Positions 1-9,778 of a DNA stretch of 32,000 bases are shown piece by piece. The notes under the pieces were generated by a model that was not told the origin of the DNA, did no database searches, and worked only from the letters and a program-made list of their open reading frames with translations. Source of the stretch: Polynucleobacter necessarius (GTDB lineage: Bacteria > Pseudomonadota > Gammaproteobacteria > Burkholderiales > Burkholderiaceae); assembly GCF_900095195.1 (NCBI RefSeq), contig NZ_LT606950.1, forward strand, positions 636,164-668,163. Reading direction: 5' to 3'. Every line of letters begins with the position of its first letter. Positions within the stretch are counted from its first letter, which is position 1. The position numbers were made by a program, and so were the translations under genes.

Positions 1-545
1 AGAAATTTGTTGTGGTAACTGGCAAGAAAACCGGTTCAATGACAGACCCCTATGAAGTACCCATTCGAGTTGAGCTTAAAGATGGTGTTTACTCCGTTTA
101 TATCGATGAAAAAGAAGGTGTTAGTCGGTATGACATCGTTAGCGATTGGCGTCCTGGCCCAATTTGCTTGCATGCAACGATTAACGGCACTCATAAGATC
201 ACCGCTCAAGTGGAACGCAAGGGCGTCAAGTTCTACTTAGAATTGGATGGCGCACATTTTGTGTATATGGTGCTTAGCCCCTTAGGTGCAGAGCTTCAGC
301 GCCGGATGCCAGTGAAATTACCACCAGACACGTCTAAGTTAGTAATGTCTCCGATGCCAGGCTTATTGACCAAGATTGCAGTGAAGGTTGGTGAGGCTGT
401 GACTGCAGGTCAAGAATTGGCCTCAATTGAAGCGATGAAGATGGAAAACACGATCTCTGCTGTACAAGATGGCGTAGTTGCTGAAATCTGTGCAAAAGAG
501 GGTGATAGCCTCGCAGTGGATCAACTCATCATTCGTTTTGAATAG
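1..545 (+). CDS. Biotin-dependent acyl-CoA carboxylase alpha subunit, C-terminal part (5' end lies outside the window); probably propionyl-CoA carboxylase
   Basis: The frame is open to the left edge of the window. The C-terminal biotinyl domain carries the biotinylation motif ([13 protein letters not shown]). A VOC/epimerase-like gene follows directly, which fits a propionate pathway. Confidence 0.8.
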   Translation, partial: KFVVVTGKKTGSMTDPYEVPIRVELKDGVYSVYIDEKEGVSRYDIVSDWRPGPICLHATINGTHKITAQVERKGVKFYLELDGAHFVYMVLSPLGAELQRRMPVKLPPDTSKLVMSPMPGLLTKIAVKVGEAVTAGQELASIEAMKMENTISAVQDGVVAEICAKEGDSLAVDQLIIRFE

Positions 546-559
546 AAAGCTATCTTGAT

Positions 560-1024
560 ATGACTGCAAAACCATTCAAAATTTTAGGCATTCAACAAAT
601 TGCTATTGGTGGCGAGAATAAAGAGCGTCTCAAAACGCTTTGGGCTGATATGCTCGGATTTGAATACAAAAGCACCTTTGTTTCTGAGCGTGAAAACGTC
701 GATGAGGATATCTGTGTAATTGGCTCAGGTGCCCATGAAATTGAAGTGGACCTGATGCAACCATTTGACATCAATAAAAAGCCCGCGGTACATCAAACCC
801 CATTAAATCACATTGGTTTGTGGGTGGATGATCTGCCAAAGGCTGTCGAATGGCTTTCTGCGAATGGTTTGCGCTTTGCCCCTGGGGGGATTCGTAAGGG
901 TGCGGCAAGGTATGACATCACCTTTGTGCACCAAAATGGCAACGATGAGTTGCCGATTAGTGGTGAGGGTGTTTTGATAGAGCTCGTTCAAGCCCCGCCG
1001 GAAGTCATTGCAGGATTGCGGTGA
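560..1024 (+). CDS. VOC (glyoxalase/bleomycin-resistance/dioxygenase) family protein, possibly methylmalonyl-CoA epimerase
   Basis: 154-aa ORF starting 15 nt after the carboxylase stop. It has the paired beta-alpha-beta-beta-beta VOC layout ([10 protein letters not shown] ... [11 protein letters not shown] ... VLIELVQ). The epimerase assignment rests on context only. Confidence 0.6.
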   Translation: MTAKPFKILGIQQIAIGGENKERLKTLWADMLGFEYKSTFVSERENVDEDICVIGSGAHEIEVDLMQPFDINKKPAVHQTPLNHIGLWVDDLPKAVEWLSANGLRFAPGGIRKGAARYDITFVHQNGNDELPISGEGVLIELVQAPPEVIAGLR

Positions 1025-1068
1025 TAATTTGGTTTTATAGCCAAATTCATCGTTAAAGCGAGTTCCCC

Positions 1069-1803
1069 ATGCCACAACTATTGGCCATCGACACTTCATC
1101 TGCTTGGTGTTCGGTGGCTTTATCTTTAGATTACCAAGCACCAAGATGTCGACAGGAAGAGGTGTCGGCAGGTGCTAGCCAACGCTTGCTTCCATGGATC
1201 GCTGAATTACTAAAATCATCGGACATCAGCCTTTCTTCCCTAGATGCGATTGCAGTGGATATCGGCCCGGGAGCATTTACTGGGGTTCGATTGGGTATCG
1301 CCGCGGTTCAGGGTCTAGCAACTGCTGCTAATTTACGGGTACTACCAGTTACTAGTTTGGATGCGCTGGCGGCACAAGTTACCAAGAGCGATCGCTATGC
1401 CAAGAATAATCCAGCGGTTTTTGCTGTCGCTATAGATGCGCGTATGGATGAAATCTATTGGGCTAAATATCAATCATTTGGAGCAAATCAACTACCTACT
1501 CGCATTGGTGAAATACACCTCGCTAAGCCTGAGAATATGGACCTTCAAGATGTTCAGTATCTCGCAGGGAGTGCAGTCGCGGCATACGGGAGCAGACTGT
1601 TTGTAACCCGCTCATTGCCTGAAGATGCTTGTGATACTGAGATCACCATCTCTGCTCTGGGGGTGTTGGCCTGCGCTCAATCTATGTTGCGCCAAGGTCA
1701 TTCCATCTCTGTGGCTGAGCTAGAGCCACTCTATGTTCGCAATAAGGTGGCGCTGACTACTGAGGAGCGCGAGATCGCGTTTGGCAAGGGCGATACCCTA
1801 TGA
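1069..1803 (+). CDS. tsaB: tRNA N6-threonylcarbamoyladenosine (t6A) biosynthesis protein TsaB (YeaZ)
   Basis: The N-terminus LLAIDTSSAWCSVAL and the GPGAFTGVRLG motif are typical of TsaB. The stop overlaps the rimI start (ATGA at 1800-1803), matching the conserved tsaB-rimI pairing. Confidence 0.85.
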   Translation: MPQLLAIDTSSAWCSVALSLDYQAPRCRQEEVSAGASQRLLPWIAELLKSSDISLSSLDAIAVDIGPGAFTGVRLGIAAVQGLATAANLRVLPVTSLDALAAQVTKSDRYAKNNPAVFAVAIDARMDEIYWAKYQSFGANQLPTRIGEIHLAKPENMDLQDVQYLAGSAVAAYGSRLFVTRSLPEDACDTEITISALGVLACAQSMLRQGHSISVAELEPLYVRNKVALTTEEREIAFGKGDTL

Positions 1804-2327
1804 CCACTCGGGAGTGTGAAGCGGAGTTGTCATTTATGCTCATGCAGGAATCGGATCTTGATCAGGTTTTGGCTATTGAAGACATCTCGCATATTCATCC
1901 ATGGAGTCGAGGAAATTTTTCAGATTCATTAGCTGCGGGACATTGGGCATACTGCATTTGTTCGCAATTGGATCAAACTCAATTAAAGCCTGGAAGCTTT
2001 CTTGACCCAAATGTTTTATGGGCTTATTGCATCCTGTTTCCGGCGGTAGATGAGTTACACCTGTTAAACATCACTGTGTCTTCACAATTGCGCAAACTAG
2101 GCCTTGGGTCCCGCATTATGGCGGCAATCGAAGGAGTTGCCGCGCAACAAACTATGCCTCGCATTATTTTGGAGGTGAGGCCCTCCAATGCGTCTGCCTT
2201 AGCGCTCTATAACAAGTTGGGTTATGAGCGGATCGGGGTACGTAAAAATTACTATTCTGCGACTTTGGGTGACGGTAGTCGTGAAGATGCCATAGTGATG
2301 GCGAAATCGATTAAGCTAGCGCAATGA
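1800..2327 (+). CDS. rimI: Ribosomal-protein-alanine N-acetyltransferase (GNAT family)
   Basis: GNAT acetyl-CoA motif (QLRKLGLGSRIM ... ALALYNKLGYE). The position directly after tsaB is conserved. Start and stop overlap both neighbouring genes. Confidence 0.8.
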   Translation: MTTRECEAELSFMLMQESDLDQVLAIEDISHIHPWSRGNFSDSLAAGHWAYCICSQLDQTQLKPGSFLDPNVLWAYCILFPAVDELHLLNITVSSQLRKLGLGSRIMAAIEGVAAQQTMPRIILEVRPSNASALALYNKLGYERIGVRKNYYSATLGDGSREDAIVMAKSIKLAQ

Positions 2328-2881
2328 ATATGCATTCAAGCTTCCTAAAAGAAATGGGCATTACAGAGTGGATGTCTCGAGATGCGTCGCGCATTGAGGC
2401 TCAACCGGCTGAAGCGCCACAACAATCCCAATCAAAATTTAAATCATCTGAAGCTGTTCATGCCACTGCGGTTACACCTTCTGTTGAAAGATCCCCGAAA
2501 GCCCATTGGCTATTTTTTGGTAGCGAATTGAAGACCGACACTCAGTTGTTGTTTCAGAACATTATTCGCGCGCTCGGTTTATTGCGAACTGAATGGTCCT
2601 GGAGCAGTCCGAATCGGGATTTATCGCAAATTTCCTCTCCCATAGCTGGAGTTCCAGTGGTTGCTGTCGCATTTGGTGGGCCTGCTACCCAGGCCATTAC
2701 TGGTGAGCGCGATCCATTGCCTCAATTGCGCGAAACTATTCTGGCACTAAATGTAGAAAGTGACGAAGAGATCCCCGTGGTGGCAACTCTTGATCTGAAC
2801 CAGCTAATTGGCAAGCCTAAAGAAAAAGCTTTAATTTGGCAGGATCTGCTGCTAGCGAGATCCGTGTTACAAAATAGTTAG
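2324..2881 (+). CDS. Hypothetical protein with DNA polymerase III psi (HolD)-like terminal motifs
   Basis: 185-aa ORF whose ATG overlaps the rimI stop (2324-2327). The N-terminus FLKEMGITEWMSRD resembles E. coli HolD LQQLGITQWSLRRP. The central LFQNIIRALGL resembles LVSDVLRALTV. The C-terminal KEKALIWQDLL resembles ARAALWQQIC. These comparisons are from memory. The middle of the protein is low complexity. Confidence 0.5.
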   Translation: MNMHSSFLKEMGITEWMSRDASRIEAQPAEAPQQSQSKFKSSEAVHATAVTPSVERSPKAHWLFFGSELKTDTQLLFQNIIRALGLLRTEWSWSSPNRDLSQISSPIAGVPVVAVAFGGPATQAITGERDPLPQLRETILALNVESDEEIPVVATLDLNQLIGKPKEKALIWQDLLLARSVLQNS

Positions 2882-2899
2882 TAGCAATGCTAGAAACGA

Positions 2900-4219
2900 T
2901 TAGTGCTTATGCTCGCCGATGAGGTGCATGGAATCGTATTCGGCTTGATTGCGTTCATGCCGTTTAATCACAAGCCACATAATGGCGCTGACTGCCAGGC
3001 CAAAACCAATAATCACATATTGAACTGGTACATCAAACCAAATCAGCAATGAGTAAATTGCCAACATGGCAAGCACGGAGATATTCTCATTGAAGTTTTG
3101 CACGGCAATCGAGTGCCCAGCAGACATTAAAACGTGACCACGATGCTGCAAGAGGGCATTCATGGGAACAACAAAGTAACCGGCAAACCAACCTACCAAA
3201 ATTAGTAAGAAGTAGGCTGGTAGTAAATTCAAGGTCACCTGCATTTTGCCGATGGTCATGAGGGGAGTATTTGGCAACATATCGGAGTTGTAAATTGCCA
3301 TTACGCACACGACAAGTCCCATGAGAATTCCGTATGGCAAGACATTGAGTGAGCTCCGAAGCGGCACGCGCCATGCAGCCCATACAGCGCCCCCCGCAAC
3401 ACCCACGGCCGATATCGCTTGCAAGATAGCGCCTTGAGACAGGTTCATGTGAAGGGCAACTTGTGCCCACTTAATCACAATAAATTGCAGTGTGGCACCG
3501 GCACCCCAAAATAAGGTGGTGACCGCCAAGGAAATTTGCCCCAATCGATCGTTCCAAAGAGTTTTAAAGCACACGGCAAAATCTTTTACGAGCTCAATGG
3601 GATTCGTTTTTTGCGAAACATAGCGTGCGCCAGTATCTGGAATTTTTAAATTAATGATCGCGGCCACAACATAAATCATCATGATGATTAGGATTGCCGA
3701 TTCTGCTGGAGTATCAATACCTGTTTCCATTACTGGAATGTCGAGCGCTAACAAGCTTTGCGATACCGTAGTGCTGATTAAGACACCTCCCAGTAAGGTA
3801 CCGAGAATAATCGAGCCTACGGTGAGGCCTTCGATCCAGCCGTTGGCTGCAACCAATTTCTCTGGCGGCAGGAGTTCGGTCAAGATGCCATATTTCGCAG
3901 GCGAATACGCAGCAGCACCTAGACCGACAATGGCATAGGACAGCAGCGGGTGACCGCCAAAGAGCATTGCAACACACCCAACAAACTTAATCGTGTTTGT
4001 AATGAACATGACATTACCTTTGAGGCGTGAATCAGCAAAGGCGCCCACGAAGGCCGCGAGCAATACATAAGACAATACGAAGAATAATTTGAGCAAAGGA
4101 GTCATCCAGGCCAGAGCGTGAAACTGGGCCAGGAGTGCGATAGCCGCAATCAGGAGGGCGTTATCAGCAAGCGACGAAAAAAATTGCGCCGCCATAATGA
4201 TGTAAAAACTACGGTTCAT
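2900..4219 (-). CDS. lplT: Lysophospholipid transporter LplT (MFS)
   Basis: 439-aa polytopic membrane protein. It matches E. coli LplT closely in conserved blocks (AQFFSSLADNALL, AAAYSPAKYGILTEL, FVVPMNALLQHRG, AIAVQNF). Confidence 0.8.
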   Translation of the reverse strand: MNRSFYIIMAAQFFSSLADNALLIAAIALLAQFHALAWMTPLLKLFFVLSYVLLAAFVGAFADSRLKGNVMFITNTIKFVGCVAMLFGGHPLLSYAIVGLGAAAYSPAKYGILTELLPPEKLVAANGWIEGLTVGSIILGTLLGGVLISTTVSQSLLALDIPVMETGIDTPAESAILIIMMIYVVAAIINLKIPDTGARYVSQKTNPIELVKDFAVCFKTLWNDRLGQISLAVTTLFWGAGATLQFIVIKWAQVALHMNLSQGAILQAISAVGVAGGAVWAAWRVPLRSSLNVLPYGILMGLVVCVMAIYNSDMLPNTPLMTIGKMQVTLNLLPAYFLLILVGWFAGYFVVPMNALLQHRGHVLMSAGHSIAVQNFNENISVLAMLAIYSLLIWFDVPVQYVIIGFGLAVSAIMWLVIKRHERNQAEYDSMHLIGEHKH

Positions 4220-4269
4220 TCGTACAATCTAGTCATTCACACAATTAAAACATGAAAGGAGGGGTAGAA

Positions 4270-5385
4270 ATGGGTGCTTCGGCCAATAGCTTGATTAATA
4301 GACCAATTTTGGCATCTATTCATACACAGGCCTTTCAGCATAATTTAAACCGAGTTCGCGAGCTTGCGCCGGAGTCCAAAATTTGGGCTGTTATTAAGGC
4401 TAGGGCATATGGCCACTGTTTTGAGGCTGCTCTAAACAGTTTGGCCTCCACCGATGGCTTTGCGTTACTCGATACTCAGGATGCGGTATGGCTAAGGGAG
4501 CATGGTTGGCAGGGTCGCATTCTGTTATTGGAGGGGCTTTTTCATGAAAATGAACTGGATCTTGCCAAAGAGTTGCACTGCGACCTAGTGGTTCATTGTG
4601 AGGCGCAAATTGACTGGTTGGAACGCTATGCAGATAAAGGCCACAAGCCCATTAATGTCTTTCTAAAAATGAATACTGGGATGAACCGTCTTGGCCTAAA
4701 GCCAACAGCTTACCGAATTGCATATCACCGTTTACATTCAGCGCGTTATCGCATTCATCACATGACCCACTTTGCCAACGCTGATCACATCGATCAGCAA
4801 CCAACTGTTAGCGGTCAGTTAGAGGTTTTCAATCAAACCATCGAAGGTCTCGAGGGGCCCACCTCATTGGCAAACTCTGCGGCAATTCTTTGGCATCGCA
4901 ATGCTTTGGGCGACTGGGTTCGCCCCGGAATAATGTTGTACGGAGCATCGCCTACAGGACTTTATGCGGATATTGAGCATGCGCATTTAAACGCAGTCAT
5001 GCAATTGCATAGTGAAATTATTGACATTCAAGAACTTCAAGCTGGCGACCGTATTGGATACGGTGGACGCTACCAAGCTACCGAAGTGATGCGCATCGGC
5101 ATCATTGCATGCGGATATGCGGATGGTTACCCGCGTCATGCAAAAGATGGAACGCCAGTCTGGGTCAGCAATGGTAATGATGGGGTAGTTTGCCCGATAG
5201 TTGGGCGGGTTTCGATGGACGTGTTAACGGTGGATTTGCGTCATGCTCCAGAAGCAAAAATAGGCAGCGTTGTAGAGTTGTGGGGCGATCGCGTTCCTGT
5301 AGATCAAGTGGCGCAAATGAGTGACACCATCGGCTATGAGCTACTCTGTGCTGTTGCGCCAAGAGTGCCTGTCAAGATTATTTAA
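4270..5385 (+). CDS. alr: Alanine racemase
   Basis: PLP-lysine block AVIKARAYGH and C-terminal block VSMDVLTVDL ... IGYELLC. I prefer ATG 4270, which sits 6 nt after AGGAGG at 4258-4263, over the longer ORF start at 4252. Confidence 0.9.
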   Translation: MGASANSLINRPILASIHTQAFQHNLNRVRELAPESKIWAVIKARAYGHCFEAALNSLASTDGFALLDTQDAVWLREHGWQGRILLLEGLFHENELDLAKELHCDLVVHCEAQIDWLERYADKGHKPINVFLKMNTGMNRLGLKPTAYRIAYHRLHSARYRIHHMTHFANADHIDQQPTVSGQLEVFNQTIEGLEGPTSLANSAAILWHRNALGDWVRPGIMLYGASPTGLYADIEHAHLNAVMQLHSEIIDIQELQAGDRIGYGGRYQATEVMRIGIIACGYADGYPRHAKDGTPVWVSNGNDGVVCPIVGRVSMDVLTVDLRHAPEAKIGSVVELWGDRVPVDQVAQMSDTIGYELLCAVAPRVPVKII

Positions 5386-5393
5386 GACTCAAT

Positions 5394-5422
5394 AAAAAAT
5401 CCTCTAGCACGGAGGATTTTTT
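5394..5422. terminator. Bidirectional rho-independent terminator between convergent alr and bamD
   Basis: Perfect 11-bp stem AAAAAATCCTC / GAGGATTTTTT with a 7-nt loop. The A-run and T-run flanks allow termination in both directions. Confidence 0.7.
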
Positions 5423-5458
5423 GCATACTTACGAAACAATACCTGGATCTTAGTCAGA

Positions 5459-6373
5459 TTACTTATTCCAGATTTGCCACCATCTGCGTTCTTTTTGTAC
5501 ACGCTGTCCCGTTTCGAATATTTGGCTGTCTGGGAAGTTCAATTTAAATACACGAATGGTGTCGTTGCTAAGTTGTGTCATCCCCAATTTTTCATAGGAT
5601 TTCGCCAGAATATAAAGCGCTTCTTCTACGGCGGGAGCGCGGTCATAATCGCGAATCACGAGCTGTGCACGGTTGGCTGAGGCCAAATAGGCGCCACGTT
5701 GGTAATAGAAGCGCGCCACTATAACATCAGCTCCCGCCAGGGAGTTGACGATATAGCGCATGCGATCTAAGGAGTCTGGAGCGTATTTGCTGTTTTGGAA
5801 GCGCTCGACAACGGTTTTAAAAGACTCAAACGCTTCTTTAGCCGCTTTGGGGTCGCGTTCACTGAGGTCTTGTCCGGTAAATTTGCCAAGCCATCCCAAG
5901 TCATCATTGAAGGTGATTAAACCTTTCAAATAGTATGCATAGTCTAGAGTGGGGCTACCTTGGTGTAGTTTGATGAAGCGATCAATTGCGACCAATGCCT
6001 GCGTTGTTTCCTGTGCCTTCCAGTAGCAATACGCAGCATTAATTTGTGCTTGTTGTGAATATGGCCCAAACGGGAAACGCGCTTCAAGCTTATCGAAGTA
6101 CTTGCCGCACTTTGCGAAGTCGCCATCATTCAATTTATCCGTACCCTCAGAGTACAGTTTGGATTCTGACCAAATATCGGTGTCATCTTTTTGACCATCA
6201 CTGCCAGCGCAACCGCTAAGGAGTACTAATGCGCAGATTGAACACACTAAAAGCGCAAATATGCCTTTTCTATCGGGGGAGTTTTCTTTTTGGGGGGCGA
6301 ATAGCCCGGCAAGCCTTAAACTGGCGTCTGATACTGCTTCGGATATAATTGAAAGGCTCTTTAAGCGTGGCAT
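5459..6373 (-). CDS. bamD: Outer-membrane protein assembly factor BamD (YfiO), TPR lipoprotein
   Basis: Lipobox LLSGC and BamD-like blocks (RFPFGPYSQQAQINAAYCYWK, SKYAPDSLDRMRYIVNSLA). The gene is divergent from rluD, as in other proteobacteria. The only in-frame start codon I can find is ATG 6373. That start leaves about 36 aa ahead of the signal peptide and overlaps the longest rluD ORF. Confidence 0.85.
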   Translation of the reverse strand: MPRLKSLSIISEAVSDASLRLAGLFAPQKENSPDRKGIFALLVCSICALVLLSGCAGSDGQKDDTDIWSESKLYSEGTDKLNDGDFAKCGKYFDKLEARFPFGPYSQQAQINAAYCYWKAQETTQALVAIDRFIKLHQGSPTLDYAYYLKGLITFNDDLGWLGKFTGQDLSERDPKAAKEAFESFKTVVERFQNSKYAPDSLDRMRYIVNSLAGADVIVARFYYQRGAYLASANRAQLVIRDYDRAPAVEEALYILAKSYEKLGMTQLSNDTIRVFKLNFPDSQIFETGQRVQKERRWWQIWNK

Positions 6374-7410
6374 TGCCGCAAACTCCGGATTTGAATCCTT
6401 TTGATTATATCGATGAAGATGATTGCATCTCCCTAGAGATTCCTATGGAGATGGCGGGTGAACGCCTAGACAAGGTGCTGGCGGGGTCTTTGCCTGAGTA
6501 TTCCCGAAATCGACTTAAAACCTGGGTTGAGGCTGGGGCAATTATGGTGGATGGCAAAGTGACGAAAGCTCGCTATTTGCTCAGGGGCGGTGAGAGCATC
6601 AAAGTCTTTCCTCAGGAAATGCCAGAGCAGTTTGCTTTTAGTCCTGAAGATATACCACTCGATGTGGTGTACGAGGACGAATCGATCATCGTCATTAATA
6701 AACCACCGGGTTTAGTGGTTCATCCTGCAGCTGGCAATTGGTCGGGTACGTTATTAAATGGACTCTTATTTCGATACCCTGAACTTAAGATATTGCCTCG
6801 TGCTGGCATAGTGCATCGATTGGATAAAGATACGTCAGGTCTGATGGTGGTGGCGCGCACCGCTCAAGCGCAAACATCATTAGTTCGACAATTGCAAGAT
6901 CGATCAGTCGGGCGTCGTTATTTGGCATGGGTCTGGGGTGAGCCGCCTAGTCAAGGCAAAGTACTTGCCAATATTGGCCGCGATCAACGGGACCGATTAA
7001 AGATGGCCGCAGGAAGCGTTCAAGGAAAGCCGGCGGCGACACTCTTTCGACGTCTAGCAAAAGGGCGCTTCAACGATGCGCCACTGGCCTTGCTCGAATG
7101 TCGTCTTGAAACAGGGCGCACTCACCAGATTCGAGTCCATCTGGAGTCACTCGGCTTTCCATTGCTCGGGGATCCTGTGTATTGCAAAAAAAGTCCAGGC
7201 GCAGCTAAGGAGTTGCCATTTGAGCGCCAGGCCTTACATGCATATGCGTTAAGCCTGCAGCATCCTCAAACTCAGCAACTCACAAGTTGGTTTAGATTGC
7301 CCCCAATCGATTTGCAGAATTCTTTGCTGAAAGTTGGTATGACCGGAGAAGATTTGCCGCAGGAGGCTGTTGTCATGGCATCCGTGCATCATGATCATTT
7401 AAATGAATAA
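6349..7410 (+). CDS. rluD: 23S rRNA pseudouridine(1911/1915/1917) synthase RluD
   Basis: S4 domain (GERLDKVLAG) followed by a RluA-family core with the catalytic HRLDKDTSG motif and the GRTHQIRVH block. The start is ambiguous: TTG 6349, GTG 6367 or ATG 6445. Confidence 0.9.
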   Translation: MKGSLSVALPQTPDLNPFDYIDEDDCISLEIPMEMAGERLDKVLAGSLPEYSRNRLKTWVEAGAIMVDGKVTKARYLLRGGESIKVFPQEMPEQFAFSPEDIPLDVVYEDESIIVINKPPGLVVHPAAGNWSGTLLNGLLFRYPELKILPRAGIVHRLDKDTSGLMVVARTAQAQTSLVRQLQDRSVGRRYLAWVWGEPPSQGKVLANIGRDQRDRLKMAAGSVQGKPAATLFRRLAKGRFNDAPLALLECRLETGRTHQIRVHLESLGFPLLGDPVYCKKSPGAAKELPFERQALHAYALSLQHPQTQQLTSWFRLPPIDLQNSLLKVGMTGEDLPQEAVVMASVHHDHLNE

Positions 7411-8172
7411 TTTGCCTGCAACCGAGTCGTTGCTTCTTCTGAGGCCTGACTGGAATGCACCACCCTCAGCAAAGTCTTTGCTGACGACAAGGGTAGGTGG
7501 GCTCCATATCTATCGCTAAATCTTGGTGATCACGTTGGGGATTTGCCCGACATGGTGTCTGCTAACAGAGTGCTCTTGAGACAACATGTGCCGGCCGGAG
7601 CCCATTTGGTTAAAGCAGGTTCATGGATGTGCGGTGATTATTCCCTCGGCCCGAGTGGCTGAGGCTGATGCCATTATTAGCAATACCCCAAACGAAGTGC
7701 TGGCCATCATGACAGCCGATTGTCTCCCAGTGCTATTTTCAAACCAGTCGGGGTCTGTGATCGGGGCTGCTCATGCAGGCTGGCGAGGTCTATGCATGGT
7801 ATCCTCGAAAACACGGTTAAAGCCATGCGCGAACTTGCGAACGCAAATCAAGATAGGAAAAGTAGTTGTGTAAACGACCCAATTACGGCCTGGTTTGGTC
7901 CTGCTATCGGCCCTACAGCCTTTGAGGTTGGAGAGGGCGTAGTTGAAGCTTTTCTGTCCCCTGGGATTGGATTTCCATCCAATGCCTTCGTGGCAATAGA
8001 ACAAAAACCCAGCAAGTATCTCGCTGATATCTATTTACTAGCACGCAGTTGCCTAGAAGCTGTTGGTGTACAGAATATTGCTGGTGATAATTGCTGTACG
8101 GTTACCCAATCAGATCGTTTTTTCTCCTATCGCCGCGATGGGGTGACTGGACGATTTGCGAGTTTGATTTAA
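7403..8172 (+). pseudogene. pgeF: pgeF/yfiH (peptidoglycan editing factor, laccase-domain protein) pseudogene with at least 3 frameshifts
   Basis: YfiH-like sequence can be followed only by changing frame three times. MNNLPA...TTRVGG (frame of 7403) stops at about 7515. PYLSLNLGDHVGD continues from 7504 in another frame. EPIWLKQVHG...MTADCLPVLF...AHAGWRGL follows in the frame of 7586. GILENTV...GPAIGPTAFEVG...FFSYRRDGVTGRFASLI follows in the frame of 7720. The ATG overlaps the rluD stop. Confidence 0.8.
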
Positions 8173-8303
8173 ATAGAGGATTCCCATACTCGCTCTTAGA
8201 GGTGAGGGTAAGTACTAGATTGGTGATCCATCTTAGGGTTACTGTGTATAACTCTATAGGTCTTATGGATGGAGAATGGTCTCTCATCAATAAAGAGACA
8301 ACT

Positions 8304-9721
8304 ATGTTTGCAGGCATGAATCCCGGTGCAACGCCATCTTTGGCACCGCACCATATGGCATTAATACCCCAAGAGCGCCTAGCAGAGATTCAGAAAGAAT
8401 ATTTCACTGAATTGGCGCATATCGCCACCAATCCAGAGGCGATTGAAGTGAAGGATCGTCGCTTCGCAGGTAAAGCATGGCACTCCTCATGGAGTAAAGT
8501 GATTGCGGCAACCTATTTACTTAATTCAAAACACTTAATGGCGCTGGCGAAGGCCGTTGAGACCGATGAAAAACGCGTCAAAAAATTCTGTTCGCAACTG
8601 AGCAGATGATTGATGCAATTTCGCCATCTAATTTCATGGCAACCAATCCCGAGGTAATTGAAAATATTATTAGCACCCAAGGTGCCACCTTGCATTAATA
8701 AGTACTACATCCTCGATTTGCAGCCCGATAACTCTGGAGTGCGTCACATGGTGGCTCAAGGTCATACCGTGTTTTAGTCTCTTGGAGGAATCCAGATTCC
8801 TCTATGGCTAAGGTCAGCTGGGATGACTATGTCGGCAAGGGTGTGATTAAGGCAATCGAGGTTGTCCAAGAAATTAGCGAATCTAAGCAGATCAACGTCT
8901 TGGGCTTCTGCGTTGGCGGAACATTAACTACTTCAGCGCTTGCGGTCTTAGCAGCTCGCGATCAGCATCCGGCAGCTAGCTTGACGCTCTTTACAACCTT
9001 GCTAGATTTCACGAACACTGGGATTCTGGACGTCTTTATTGATGAAGCTATGGTGTAGTTACGTGAGAACACCATCGGCGGTAAGGCTGGTACATACGGC
9101 ATGATGTCGGGGTTGGACTTAGGCAATACCTTCTCGTTCTTGCGACCGAATGACCTTGTGTGGAACTATGTTGTCGACAACTACCTTAATGGAAATTCAC
9201 CACCGCCTTTTGATCTCTTGTATTGGAGTGGCGACTCTACGAATCTGCCTGGTATGTATTGCTGGTATTTGCGTCACACCTATTTGCAGAATGATTTGGT
9301 TAAACCGGGTAAGGTCACCATTTGCGGTGAAAAGATTGATCTTGGCAAAATTAAATGTGCAGCATATTTATACGCTTCCCAGGAAGATCACATCGTTCCT
9401 TGGCAATCCGCTTATGAATCCACCCATATTCTCAAGGGCAAGAATCGCTTTGTGCTTGGAGCATCAGGCCATATTGCGGGCGTGATTAATCCACCTGCTA
9501 AAAATAAGCGCTACTACTTTGAAAATAACAAAATTGCCCCGACTGCAGAAGAGTGGTTGGCTGATGCAAAACAAATTCCGGGAAGTTGGTGGCCAAACTA
9601 CACCAAATGGCTAGAGCAGTTTGGCGGCGAACAAAAGCCTGCGCCTACGACTTTTGGTAATGGCAAGTATAAAAAGATGGAATCTGCGCCAGGGGTTTAT
9701 GTAAAAGAAAAGGCAGCGTAA
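8304..9721 (+). pseudogene. phaC: Class I poly(3-hydroxyalkanoate) synthase PhaC pseudogene
   Basis: Near-collinear with Cupriavidus necator PhaC ([11 protein letters not shown], lipase box GFCVGG, FSFLRPNDLVWNYVV, GHIAGVINPPAKNKR), but carrying four lesions. There is a frameshift near 8600 and an internal deletion junction at about 8693 (GATLH|INKYY, roughly 65 codons missing). A T-run contraction at 8772-8775 creates TAG 8775-8777. An in-frame TAG sits at 9056-9058 where homologues have Gln. Confidence 0.9.
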
Positions 9722-9778
9722 TCGGTTAGACCGTAAACGAATCCATTATTAACGAAGGTTTTTTACAAGGGGAAAGTG

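Noticed and set aside
8091-8303. The phaC ORF extends upstream for 71 extra codons from 8091.
   Set aside because: This stretch overlaps the end of pgeF and the intergenic spacer. PhaC similarity starts at ATG 8304 (MFAGMNPG...).
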